Assembly (NCBI GenBank): GCA_002378005.1
Contig: DFQY01000053.1
Location: 31,824-95,823, forward strand
Length of the DNA stretch: 64,000 bases
Reading direction: 5' to 3'
From: Flavobacteriales bacterium UBA3477
Lineage (GTDB): Bacteria > Bacteroidota > Bacteroidia > Flavobacteriales > Schleiferiaceae
Shown here: in pieces, positions 21,908 through 31,454 of the stretch
How positions within the stretch are numbered: the first letter of the stretch is position 1
How the letters are laid out: the number at the start of each line of letters is the position of its first letter
Translations under genes and position numbers: made by a program
Notes under the pieces: model-generated
What the model saw: only the letters and a program-made list of their open reading frames with translations
The model's database searches: none
What the model was told of the DNA's origin: nothing

Positions 21908-24304
21908 ATGACAGAGAAACATACCAAAGAAATAAGCTACCAGGAGTACAAGACCGAAGTACTTGAAGATTACCGTATTGCGGTGATGTCAAGAGAATGT
22001 TCCTTGATGGGGCGTCGTGAAGTACTTACCGGTAAAGCAAAGTTTGGTATTTTTGGTGCCGGGAAGGAATTGGCCCAGATTGCTTGGGCAAAAGCATTCC
22101 AAAAAGGTGATTTCCGTTCAGGGTATTACCGAGATCAAACCTTCATGATGGCCTTGGGAGAAATGGACGCTACGTCTTTCTTCACCTCACTGTATGCCGT
22201 AACCGATACCAAGGTTGAGCCTATGGCCGGAGGTCGACAAATGAATGGTCATTTTGCCACCCGATCATTGGATGAAAATGGCCAATGGGTCGATCTTACC
22301 AAACAATACAACAGTTCTTCCGATATCAGTCCAACAGCAGCGCAAATGCCTAGACTTCTAGGTTTGGCGCAGGCATCGAAAGTATATAAAGAAGTTTCTT
22401 TTGAAGGCTCTGAAAAGTTCTCTAACAACGGGAACGAAGTGGCTTGGGGAACCATAGGAAATGCCTCTACTTCACAAGGGTTGTTTTTTGAAACAATCAA
22501 TGCTGCAGGGGTTTTACAAGTTCCTATGGTCATTTCTATTTGGGATGATGAATACGGAATTTCCGTAGGAGCTGAATACCAGACTACTAAAGAAGATATC
22601 AGTGCTATTCTTAAAGGATTTCAGCGCGACGAACAAGGAAAAGGATATGACATTTTTGTCGTAGAAGCTTGGGATTACCCTGAGCTTATAAAGACCTTCT
22701 TACGTGCATCCAAAGTGGCTAGAGAAGAGCATGTACCTGTGATGATTCACGTCAAGGGTATGACGCAACCTCAAGGACATAGTACATCCGGCTCTCACGA
22801 GCGCTATAAATCTCCGGAGCGATTGCAATGGGAAAAGGACCATGATTGTATCCTGAAGTTTGGGCAGTGGATCGTGGATCGTGGCATTGCTACTCAGGAA
22901 GAATTAGACGAGGTAACACAAGAGGCGAAAAAAGCTACTAGAGAAGGAAAGAAAGACGCTTGGAGCATTTTCCAAAGCCTTCCTAAACAACTGCGTAATG
23001 AAGCCTTATCTCTATTGAAAGGCATTCAGCAAAAAGGTGAGAAAGGTATTTTCACCACTAATCTCATTCAGGAATTAGAAGCCCAGCAAGATCTTGATGC
23101 GGCGATGTCTATACGTGCCGTACGTAAAGCCGTGCGTATGGTGAACGGCGATGCTGCTATTGATATTGCCGCACTAAAGGCGTGGTTAGCGGCAGCGACA
23201 GCAGAACAAGAACGTCGATACAGTTCACATCTGTACAATCCAAACGATGATGATAAGCTCCTCAAATTTGTTGCCCCTGATGTCGAGAACGCGGAGCAGG
23301 TTGACGCCCGTATTGTGATCAGAGATAATTTTGATGCTCTTTTTGCTAAACATCCTCAGGCTATGGTCTTTGGTGAAGATTCGGGAAAGATTGGCGATGT
23401 AAACCAGGGACTAGAAGGTATGCAAACGAAATACGGAGAGACCCGTGTTTCTGATGCCGGTATTCGCGAAGCCACCATTATAGGTCAAGGTATAGGGTTG
23501 GCCATGAGAGGTTTGCGACCCATTGCCGAGATTCAGTACTTAGATTATTTATTGTACGCGCTTCAGATCATGTCTGACGATTTAGCTACAGTGCATTATA
23601 GAACAGTAGGTGGCCAAATGGCTCCAACTATCGTTAGAACACGCGGTCACAGACTTGAAGGTATTTGGCATTCGGGCTCTCCTATGGGTACAATCATCAA
23701 CTCTATCAAGGGCATGTATGTGTTAGTACCTCGTAACATGGTGCAAGCCGCTGGTTTTTATAATAAATTAATGGAGCTCGAGACTCCTGCACTTGTAGTA
23801 GAATGCTTAAATGGTTACCGTAGAAAGGAATCGCTTCCTAAGAATTTAGGGGATTACACTACACCTATTGGAGCGGTCGAAGTATTGCAAGAAGGGTCTG
23901 ATCTAACCTTGTTAACCTACGGTAGTAACTGTGTGTTAGCACAAGCCGCATGCGATGAATTAACCACTTTAGGTATAAGTGTTGAACTTATTGATGCACA
24001 GTCTCTTATTCCTTTTGATTTAGAGCATGAAGTGGCCGCGAGTGTTCGTAAAACCAATGCCTTGGTAATCCTAGACGAAGATGTTCGAGGAGGTGCCAGC
24101 GCTTTCCTAATGCAACAAGTTTTAGAAGATCAGGGAGCATATGAGTATCTTGATGCTGCGCCAATGACCATTACTTCAAAAGATCACCGACCTGCCTTCG
24201 CATCGGATGGAGATTATTTCTCTAAACCAAGCGTAGACGATATGGTAGAGCACATCTATGGGTTAATGTACGAACGAAATCCACAGCAATACCCTGCCCT
24301 GTAA
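21908..24304 (+). CDS. Alpha-ketoacid dehydrogenase E1 component, fused alpha/beta subunits (TPP-dependent)
   Basis: 798 aa with an N-terminal E1-alpha-like half and a C-terminal transketolase-like E1-beta half (RVSDAGIREATIIGQGIGLAMRGLRPIAEIQYLDY). The fused form is common in Flavobacteriia. Confidence 0.85.
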   Translation: MTEKHTKEISYQEYKTEVLEDYRIAVMSRECSLMGRREVLTGKAKFGIFGAGKELAQIAWAKAFQKGDFRSGYYRDQTFMMALGEMDATSFFTSLYAVTDTKVEPMAGGRQMNGHFATRSLDENGQWVDLTKQYNSSSDISPTAAQMPRLLGLAQASKVYKEVSFEGSEKFSNNGNEVAWGTIGNASTSQGLFFETINAAGVLQVPMVISIWDDEYGISVGAEYQTTKEDISAILKGFQRDEQGKGYDIFVVEAWDYPELIKTFLRASKVAREEHVPVMIHVKGMTQPQGHSTSGSHERYKSPERLQWEKDHDCILKFGQWIVDRGIATQEELDEVTQEAKKATREGKKDAWSIFQSLPKQLRNEALSLLKGIQQKGEKGIFTTNLIQELEAQQDLDAAMSIRAVRKAVRMVNGDAAIDIAALKAWLAAATAEQERRYSSHLYNPNDDDKLLKFVAPDVENAEQVDARIVIRDNFDALFAKHPQAMVFGEDSGKIGDVNQGLEGMQTKYGETRVSDAGIREATIIGQGIGLAMRGLRPIAEIQYLDYLLYALQIMSDDLATVHYRTVGGQMAPTIVRTRGHRLEGIWHSGSPMGTIINSIKGMYVLVPRNMVQAAGFYNKLMELETPALVVECLNGYRRKESLPKNLGDYTTPIGAVEVLQEGSDLTLLTYGSNCVLAQAACDELTTLGISVELIDAQSLIPFDLEHEVAASVRKTNALVILDEDVRGGASAFLMQQVLEDQGAYEYLDAAPMTITSKDHRPAFASDGDYFSKPSVDDMVEHIYGLMYERNPQQYPAL

Positions 24305-25522
24305 ATGTCCATTCAAACCCAAAGGTTGTTTCCGAATACCGTTGCTGGGGTTCTAGAAGCCTTAGAAATCACCTTTGGGAAAGGGATATACGCGGATAAG
24401 GTAGTTGAGCGTATTCTACGGCAGAATAAAAAGTGGGGATCACGAGACCGAAGTTTTGTAGCCGAACATACCTATGAAATGGTGCGCTGGTGGGGCCTAT
24501 TATGGGCTATTCTCGATCAAGACCCCAGTACTAAAAGGAAAGATCTTCAAAAGCTTTTCGGAGTGTATTGGCTGTGGCGTGGGGGCATTCTCCCTGATTG
24601 GCCAAAATTCGATACCATTCGCGATATAGAGGTGGCGAATCGCCTAGAAGCCATTGATAACGTGGCCACGAAGGAAAGTTATGCATCATGGTTTTCGGAA
24701 TTGGCAGAAGAGCAATTGGGCCCTGAGAAATGGTCGCGAATAGCTGCTGCAATGAATATCCCGAACACGGTCAACATACGTATAAACACCCTAAAAGCAA
24801 GTGTTGAACACGTTACTGCTTCTCTTGAGGACCACGGTATTACATTATACGAGCATCCTATGTTTAAAGGTGCCTACTACATTGAAGGACGTCCGCGATT
24901 GAATCACATACCGTCCTTTCAGGAAGGGTGGTTTGAGGTGCAAGACGCTGGATCACAAAGTATTGCTCCATATTTACAACCCAGTCCAGGCGCTACTGTT
25001 ATTGATGCCTGTGCCGGTGCGGGAGGTAAAACATTACACCTAGGAATGCTTATGAACAACCAGGGTCGATTAATCGCCATGGATGTCGAAGGTAGAAAGC
25101 TAGGTGAACTGCTCAAGCGCACGCAGCGAAGCGGGTTAGATATCGTGGAGACTAAGGCATGGGAAGAACCGGGAGTCTTGGAAAGTCTGAAGGATACAGC
25201 AGATTATTTGTTGTTGGACGTTCCGTGCTCTGGTACAGGCGTGATAAAGCGTGAACCGGATACGAAGTGGAAATTGGAACCGGAACACTTGGATCGTTTA
25301 GAGGGTGTACAGCAAGAAATCATAAGCTCCTACTCTACTATGGTTAAACCTCAGGGCACTATGGTATATGCCACTTGTAGTATTTTGCCGCAAGAAAATG
25401 AACGCCAAGTACAGCGCTTTTTAGAATCTCACCCTGAATTTGAATTGATTGAAGATAAAAGCGTAGAGCCTTCTACCTATAACGATGGATTTTACATGGC
25501 CCGATTGAAACGAAACGCATGA
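24305..25522 (+). CDS. RsmB/NOP-family class I SAM-dependent RNA (m5C) methyltransferase
   Basis: 405 aa with the SAM site DACAGAGGKTLHL and catalytic Cys motifs LLDVPCSGTGVIKREPD and YATCSILPQENE. Confidence 0.82.
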   Translation: MSIQTQRLFPNTVAGVLEALEITFGKGIYADKVVERILRQNKKWGSRDRSFVAEHTYEMVRWWGLLWAILDQDPSTKRKDLQKLFGVYWLWRGGILPDWPKFDTIRDIEVANRLEAIDNVATKESYASWFSELAEEQLGPEKWSRIAAAMNIPNTVNIRINTLKASVEHVTASLEDHGITLYEHPMFKGAYYIEGRPRLNHIPSFQEGWFEVQDAGSQSIAPYLQPSPGATVIDACAGAGGKTLHLGMLMNNQGRLIAMDVEGRKLGELLKRTQRSGLDIVETKAWEEPGVLESLKDTADYLLLDVPCSGTGVIKREPDTKWKLEPEHLDRLEGVQQEIISSYSTMVKPQGTMVYATCSILPQENERQVQRFLESHPEFELIEDKSVEPSTYNDGFYMARLKRNA

Positions 25523-26331
25523 AAACCACAGAGCAAAGTTCGAATTACAATAACCTAGAACGCATGGACGTTGGAGATGTATTGCGCGGCATCAATGCAG
25601 AGGATGCGACCATAAGTCAGGCTATTGCTGCAAAGATTCCTGCCATAGAAGCTTTCGTAGCGGCGTTGGTGAAACGTATGAAGCGTGGAGGCAGATTGTT
25701 CTACATCGGCGCTGGAACCTCCGGTCGTTTGGGTATTCTCGATGCTAGTGAATGTCCTCCGACATATGGCGTACCGCATGATTTAGTAATAGGCTTAATT
25801 GCTGGCGGAGATAGCGCTATTCGCAAAGCAGTGGAGCATGCAGAAGATGATTTCCATGGGGCTTGGCGTGATTTAAGTGATTATATGCCTTCTTCTGAGG
25901 ATACCTTAGTTGGAATTGCCGCTAGTGGGTCTACACCGTATGTCGTTGGCGGATTGAAAGAAGCTCGAGTAGCTGGCATGCTTACGGCATGTATTACGTG
26001 TAATGAAGGTTCTGCATGTGCTGAAGCAGCTGAACATCCTATTGAAGTAGTCGTAGGGCCAGAGTTTGTGACTGGCTCAACAAGAATGAAAGCTGGCACA
26101 GCCCAAAAATTGGTTCTGAATATGATTTCTACCACTACAATGATTCAGTTAGGACGTGTTCAAGGCAATAAAATGGTAGATATGCAGCTCAGCAACGCAA
26201 AGCTTGTAGAACGCGGTACCCGCATGATTGTAGAGGCGTTGAGGATTGATGAGGCTAAAGCGAAAGAGCTCCTATTAACCCACGGCAGTGTACGTGCTGC
26301 TGTTGAATCTTGGAATCATGGCAAGAAGTAA
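25519..26331 (+). CDS. murQ: N-acetylmuramic acid 6-phosphate etherase
   Basis: 270 aa with the SIS-domain motif FYIGAGTSGRLGILDASECPPTYG. Confidence 0.9.
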   Translation: MKTTEQSSNYNNLERMDVGDVLRGINAEDATISQAIAAKIPAIEAFVAALVKRMKRGGRLFYIGAGTSGRLGILDASECPPTYGVPHDLVIGLIAGGDSAIRKAVEHAEDDFHGAWRDLSDYMPSSEDTLVGIAASGSTPYVVGGLKEARVAGMLTACITCNEGSACAEAAEHPIEVVVGPEFVTGSTRMKAGTAQKLVLNMISTTTMIQLGRVQGNKMVDMQLSNAKLVERGTRMIVEALRIDEAKAKELLLTHGSVRAAVESWNHGKK

Positions 26332-26530
26332 TCAGGATAAAATTATTGCAGGGTTGTTTAGACTGGCTTGGTCCTTCCCTTTTATATTCATAGGCCCAGC
26401 TCTATTCATTGGTAAAGGAACGGGAGGTCATTGGTCTTGGACAGCAATCTCATTAGTAATTATGGCTACTGGCGTATTCCTTGCCGTGGCAGGCCTCCGT
26501 TTAGTGCTAAGAGGTTTCTTTAACGACTAA
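26318..26530 (+). CDS. Small two-TM membrane protein (DUF6095-like, from memory)
   Basis: 70 aa from the ATG at 26318 (MARSNQDKIIAGLFRLAWSFPFIFIGPALF...). It has two hydrophobic helices and overlaps the murQ 3' end by 14 nt. The track's longer 26288 start lies inside murQ. Confidence 0.45.
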   Translation: MARSNQDKIIAGLFRLAWSFPFIFIGPALFIGKGTGGHWSWTAISLVIMATGVFLAVAGLRLVLRGFFND

Positions 26531-26533
26531 ACC

Positions 26534-26552
26534 CTCAACTAATTTTGTTGAG
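26534..26552. terminator. Weak hairpin between convergent genes (possible bidirectional terminator)
   Basis: CTCAAC / GTTGAG 6-bp stem with a 7-nt loop in the 24-nt gap between the small membrane gene and the S8 peptidase. The stem is short and there is no strong U-tract. Confidence 0.2.
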
Positions 26553-26554
26553 AA

Positions 26555-28132
26555 TTAGATAGTTTTAATTACACTAAGTCGTTGGTATTCTTGTCCCCTC
26601 CAAAGGTGAAGAATGTACATTCCTGGGGGCACGTGATCACCGGGACTCCAAAGGGTTTGATAGCGCTTTCCAAATAAACTACCCTCCGCAACTTTACGAT
26701 CCATCAAATCGTATAATTCTAGCTCAATATCCAAGGCTTCGCCATCAGGCAAAAAGAGTTCAACATAATCCGCAAAGGGATTTGGATATACCAGTGTTCG
26801 AGGGACTTCACCTCCCACTACTACATCAAGGTTGCGTTTCGCTAATCCGAGGTTGGGAATGCCATATCCTATACGGATGTTGTGACTGTAAAAGTGTGAG
26901 GCACTGGTTTCGAGCGCTTTGATGATTTGTTGGGCCGTAGCATTGGGTTGGGTTTGCCATAGACAAGCCGCTGCTCCTGCCATGATGGGCGAACTGAAAC
27001 TGGTGCCGTTAGCCCAAGCTAATTGTCCGTCGGGACGGAAAACATAGGCTCCTTCCCCTCGAGCGCAAATATTTGGTTTTACGCGGCCGTCGACCGTATA
27101 TCCTCTAGAACTAAAGGTACTGGCCATGCCGTATTGATTCACACTACCTACGGTGAGCACACTATCGGCATCTGCGGGAAAGGTAATTTTATCCCATGCA
27201 CTACCTCCGGCGTTCCCCGCACTTGTTACCACTAGCATTCCAGTGCGTGCAGCTGCCAAGGCGCCTAAGGAAATAATGCTAGTACGACCGTCGAGGTCAT
27301 TTACGGTGTAGTCGTCGGCCGGATCGTCAAAAGTGCTATAGCCTAGCGAACTGTTAATGATATCTGCGCCAATAGAATCGGCAAATTCAGCACCTGCGAT
27401 CCAGTTGAACATTTCCTCGGGGGTTTCACTCAACTCTTTTTCCGTCTTGATCAAAGCATATGTGGCTTCAGGCGCAGTACCGACATAGACATCTGGTTGG
27501 TAGGTGGCCATGGTCGAAAGCACACTGAAACCATGGGATGACCCTTGGTAAACATCTGTTCCGCCTTCTACAAAATTTCTCGTGGTGAGGATATTTAGGT
27601 TGTCGTTGATATTGATAGAATTTGCCCCGACAAAACCTGCGTCCAAGACTGCGACTAGCATACCCTCGCCTCGCGCAATTTCTGTATGGTACCCGTTATC
27701 CTCGTAGGAGTGTATTGCACTTAGGTTGATTTGATTGTTCTGGGATTCTGCGTTTCCATAAAATCCAAGCGTAGTTGTACCTCCTTTAATGGGTAGTACG
27801 CTTGCTACAAAAGGAAGGTTCTGGATTTGAGTCAGTTCGGCCGGTGTCGCCTCCACATACATGCCATTCAACCATTTGGAAGAATGACCGGCGTAAGAAA
27901 CAAGGTTTTCGATAGTTTCTTTTCTGATGGATGAAACCGGGATATCTCTTGGCCCTATATCAATGCCCTGTCTTTCGCGGCGTGCAAGGGCTCGCTCAGA
28001 TAAGAATGTAGTGGGTTGCTGAAGAAGGATGAGGTTTTCTTTAACCGCAAAGGATACAAAGTAGGCCTGTTGTTCTTGCCCATGAAGACCAAGGGAGAAT
28101 AATAGGATAATTATGAGGCCCAATTTCTTCAT
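26555..28132 (-). CDS. Secreted S8 (subtilisin-family) serine peptidase with a T9SS C-terminal sorting domain
   Basis: Signal peptide plus the catalytic triad contexts VAVLDAGF (Asp), SSHGFSVLS (His) and NGTSFSSPIMAGAAA (Ser). The C-terminus LVYPNPFADYVELFL...GMYILHLW...LSVIKTI is a typical T9SS CTD. Confidence 0.87.
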   Translation of the reverse strand: MKKLGLIIILLFSLGLHGQEQQAYFVSFAVKENLILLQQPTTFLSERALARRERQGIDIGPRDIPVSSIRKETIENLVSYAGHSSKWLNGMYVEATPAELTQIQNLPFVASVLPIKGGTTTLGFYGNAESQNNQINLSAIHSYEDNGYHTEIARGEGMLVAVLDAGFVGANSININDNLNILTTRNFVEGGTDVYQGSSHGFSVLSTMATYQPDVYVGTAPEATYALIKTEKELSETPEEMFNWIAGAEFADSIGADIINSSLGYSTFDDPADDYTVNDLDGRTSIISLGALAAARTGMLVVTSAGNAGGSAWDKITFPADADSVLTVGSVNQYGMASTFSSRGYTVDGRVKPNICARGEGAYVFRPDGQLAWANGTSFSSPIMAGAAACLWQTQPNATAQQIIKALETSASHFYSHNIRIGYGIPNLGLAKRNLDVVVGGEVPRTLVYPNPFADYVELFLPDGEALDIELELYDLMDRKVAEGSLFGKRYQTLWSPGDHVPPGMYILHLWRGQEYQRLSVIKTI

Positions 28133-28133
28133 A

Positions 28134-29321
28134 CTATTCAGCGATGATACCGGAGCCTATAAGTTCTTCTCCATCGTACCATGAAGCGAATTGGCCCGGT
28201 GTAATGGCTTTTTCAGGAGTTTCAAACTCTAAGAATAAACCCTCTTCTACTTTATGCAGGGTTACCGGCACTAGAGGTTGACGGTAGCGTATGCGAGCAG
28301 AATACTGAGCCGCTTCTCCGGGCTGCATGCTGCGGTCTGGTCTTACCCAGTGTTCTTCCTCCGCAGTGATGAACAATGCTTTACGATAAAGGCCTGGGTG
28401 GTCTTCGCCTTGTCCTACATAAATGGCATTGTACTGCGTGTTTACTCCAAGCACGAATAAAGGAAGTGGACTTCCTCCAATATTCAAGCCTTTGCGCTGT
28501 CCCACAGTATAGTAATGAGCACCACGGTGTTTTCCTCGCTTGGTTGCATGCTTAGGATGAAAATCAAACGGTTTAGCTTGCTCCGCTAAGGTGTTTCGAG
28601 GCTCTTGAAGAAAAGCTGCATCGCGTGCTACCTCCCAAACGTTCCCCTCCTTAGGTTCTAACTTCTGCTGAAGGAAATCTGGCAATCGCACTTTTCCGAT
28701 AAAGCAAAGGCCTTGTGAATCTCTCTTTTCAGCAGTGGCTAATCCTGCCTCACGGGCAATGTCGCGCACTTCGGACTTCAGAAGCTCGCCTATGGGAAAT
28801 AGGGCCTTGGATAATTGGTCCTGAGAAAGCTGACATAAAAAATAGCTCTGGTCCTTATTAGGGTCCTTCCCTCCTCGCAACTGATATACGATTTTGCCAT
28901 CGACTTCCACGGAAGATTTACGAGCATAATGGCCGGTAGCCACATAATCCGCTCCTAAAGAAAGAGCTGTTTTTAAGAACAAATCGAACTTGATTTCCCG
29001 ATTACAGAGCACATCTGGGTTTGGAGTACGGCCTCGTTCGTATTCCCCAAACATGTAATCCACGATGCGCTCCTGATACGGCGCGCTCATATCTATGACT
29101 TGGAATGGAATGCCTAATTTATCTGCCACCAACATGGCATCATTAGAATCTTCTACCCATGGGCATTCGTCGTGTATAGTAACGCTCTCGTCGACCCAGT
29201 TACGCATGAACAGTCCTATGACTTTGTAGCCCTCTTGCTGCAATAAATATGCTGTAACTGAGGAATCTACACCGCCACTCAAACCAACTACAACCGTAGT
29301 ATCACTCTTCGCTTTCTTCAT
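28134..29321 (-). CDS. mnmA: tRNA 2-thiouridine(34) synthase
   Basis: 395 aa with the PP-loop [13 protein letters not shown] and family-typical Cys residues. Confidence 0.95.
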   Translation of the reverse strand: MKKAKSDTTVVVGLSGGVDSSVTAYLLQQEGYKVIGLFMRNWVDESVTIHDECPWVEDSNDAMLVADKLGIPFQVIDMSAPYQERIVDYMFGEYERGRTPNPDVLCNREIKFDLFLKTALSLGADYVATGHYARKSSVEVDGKIVYQLRGGKDPNKDQSYFLCQLSQDQLSKALFPIGELLKSEVRDIAREAGLATAEKRDSQGLCFIGKVRLPDFLQQKLEPKEGNVWEVARDAAFLQEPRNTLAEQAKPFDFHPKHATKRGKHRGAHYYTVGQRKGLNIGGSPLPLFVLGVNTQYNAIYVGQGEDHPGLYRKALFITAEEEHWVRPDRSMQPGEAAQYSARIRYRQPLVPVTLHKVEEGLFLEFETPEKAITPGQFASWYDGEELIGSGIIAE

Positions 29322-30003
29322 TGTAGAGGGTTTCTCCGGTTAGGGTTCCATATCGATAGATTTCCTTTCGAACGACTTTGTTGTCCTCGAAATAGTACCA
29401 AGTTTCGTGTTTCTTGTTGTTGTGGTAATTGCCTTTCGCGATTAGTTTACCTTCTTCATCGAAATACTTACACTCACCTTCGAGCTGGCCATCTTCAAAT
29501 GTCCCCTTTGTTCTGAGTGTACCGTCCTCCCACTTGCGCAACCAAGTACCTTGTTCTGCGCCATATTCGTAATTAATGCGCTCAGCGACATTGCCGCTTT
29601 CATAATAGGTGATTTGATCTCCGTGGAGTTCACCTCCTTTATAATCTTCACGCTGGGTTAATGTGCCTTTAGGATCATAATAGGTCCAAGTACTGTCTTT
29701 TAATTGGCTCTTATAAATCCCCTCCGCTTGTACCATTCCATTGCGGTGGTAGGCCTTAGCATACCCTGTCCCCGTGATTCCACGATAGAATATTTCGGAC
29801 ATGATACCGCCTTCACCTTCGTAATAATAGATAAAGTGACCCACGGGTACATCATCCTTAAACGCACCCTCATAGCGCTTTTTGCCGCTTTCATAGGTCT
29901 TCACCCAAGCCCCTTGTTTTCTGCCTTTGGCATCAGTACGATTGACTTGGGCCATCGAAACCAAGCTAAATAACATTACGAGGGATGAAAGAATGTACTT
30001 CAT
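29302..30003 (-). CDS. Exported MORN-repeat-variant protein (the family often auto-annotated as YwqK antitoxin-like)
   Basis: 233 aa with signal peptide [19 protein letters not shown] and about 7 repeats of the pattern G.W..Y...G......Y.dG..hG (e.g. [34 protein letters not shown]). Confidence 0.7.
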   Translation of the reverse strand: MKYILSSLVMLFSLVSMAQVNRTDAKGRKQGAWVKTYESGKKRYEGAFKDDVPVGHFIYYYEGEGGIMSEIFYRGITGTGYAKAYHRNGMVQAEGIYKSQLKDSTWTYYDPKGTLTQREDYKGGELHGDQITYYESGNVAERINYEYGAEQGTWLRKWEDGTLRTKGTFEDGQLEGECKYFDEEGKLIAKGNYHNNKKHETWYYFEDNKVVRKEIYRYGTLTGETLYNEESEE

Positions 30004-30020
30004 ATTGCAAATTTAGTCAC

Positions 30021-31454
30021 TTACCACAACTGAACAGGCAAGGATTGAATTAGTTCCACACCAAAATATGCTGGACTGTAGGTGCCTCCTAGGAAGTATT
30101 TTTGCCTGAGGTTCATTTTGAGATTTGATAAGGAGCCAATTTTACGTTCCACCTGCACTCCAGGTGCAATCATCAGGCCAGAACCCACATCTATTCCTCC
30201 ACCGCCTGCGATTCCTGAAGTCAGATCTAAACCGAATCTGAAGTTCTTATTGTTCTTCAGAAAAACTGCGCTGAATAACCCTTCTGCATAGGCACCATAA
30301 CCACCACTGGCCGCCCAGAATGTATGGCCATAGGTATCTAATGAATACTGATCATTGCTCCAGGCCTCAATCCCTATCCCCATTGCTATTCCTGACATAG
30401 AGTTGTATGAAATTCCGTTTCTATCCATACCCGATGATCGCTGTTGACCCGCTCCGGCAATAATTTTTAAGGCTACCTCGCGTGAGTCCTCATTACTGTG
30501 CTTACCTCCTCGATAATGAAAACCTAAGGAGCTTTTGAAATCCAGATGTCGGCTGTACGAAACAAACGGAATAGAAGCTTTATCACTTAATGCCGTCCAT
30601 TGTCCTACGCTGAATTGATGCCCACCAAACTGGGCTCCAGCACTTACCATAGTGGATATTCCTCCACCTGTGTACACACCGCCACCACCGCCGGATCCTA
30701 GGTGCGTACGAAAGAATAGGCGTTGTGAAGGTGTATTAAATCGTAGCCCCATGGAGTAATTCATGTACCCGTCAATATTGCCTAAGGCGCCCGCCCCTAA
30801 TTGCAACTCACCCCCAACGGTATGTTTGGAGTTTAAATATTGTCCGACACGTACACCTGCATAGGCGCTTTGCACCGGTTCACTGTTGCGAGAAGCATCT
30901 TCCGGACCTAAGAACCAGAGATTAGTTATCAATTCAAAATAGGTGGGATAATAGTAGTTATGGTGGCTATCATCTATTAGATAGGGAAATATATGTGTAT
31001 AACCTATGGATATATGATTTGAGGTAATGGCTCCTGAAGGAAAATCTATGTGGTTATACGCTAAATCAACTACTCCGATTTTGCTCTTTACGCTCATTCC
31101 AGCAAATCCTCTATACATTAAGCCGTCGCCGTCAGGAGCACCTGCACCCCCTCCAGATGCTATCGAAGCGCCCACATGAGCAAATAATCCTGGTCTAATG
31201 TGTTGATACACACCACTGGTAAATCCGAAGGCATAAAAACCGCCATAATTCCCAACGACTGCGCTTTGAGTCTCTAAACCAGCAGCAATGGTAGTTTTTG
31301 TCTTCGTGTAATCCTTAACTAACTCAAAGCGCTGCGTTACCCACATCATATCATTCGAAGACTCCAGAGGCTCAAACAAAATTGTCATGGAAGTACTTTG
31401 ACCAAAACAAAGCGACTGTGCGACCAGAAAAAGCATGAGTGATAACTGGCGCAT
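30021..31454 (-). CDS. Hypothetical exported protein, predicted outer-membrane beta-barrel with three Gly-run modules (paralogue A)
   Basis: 477 aa with signal peptide MRQLSLMLFLVAQSLCFGQ, amphipathic aromatic-rich segments and a C-terminal ...LPVQLW. Gly runs lie at aa 100-110, 253-265 and 414-426. It is collinear with the upstream paralogue. Confidence 0.6.
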   Translation of the reverse strand: MRQLSLMLFLVAQSLCFGQSTSMTILFEPLESSNDMMWVTQRFELVKDYTKTKTTIAAGLETQSAVVGNYGGFYAFGFTSGVYQHIRPGLFAHVGASIASGGGAGAPDGDGLMYRGFAGMSVKSKIGVVDLAYNHIDFPSGAITSNHISIGYTHIFPYLIDDSHHNYYYPTYFELITNLWFLGPEDASRNSEPVQSAYAGVRVGQYLNSKHTVGGELQLGAGALGNIDGYMNYSMGLRFNTPSQRLFFRTHLGSGGGGGVYTGGGISTMVSAGAQFGGHQFSVGQWTALSDKASIPFVSYSRHLDFKSSLGFHYRGGKHSNEDSREVALKIIAGAGQQRSSGMDRNGISYNSMSGIAMGIGIEAWSNDQYSLDTYGHTFWAASGGYGAYAEGLFSAVFLKNNKNFRFGLDLTSGIAGGGGIDVGSGLMIAPGVQVERKIGSLSNLKMNLRQKYFLGGTYSPAYFGVELIQSLPVQLW

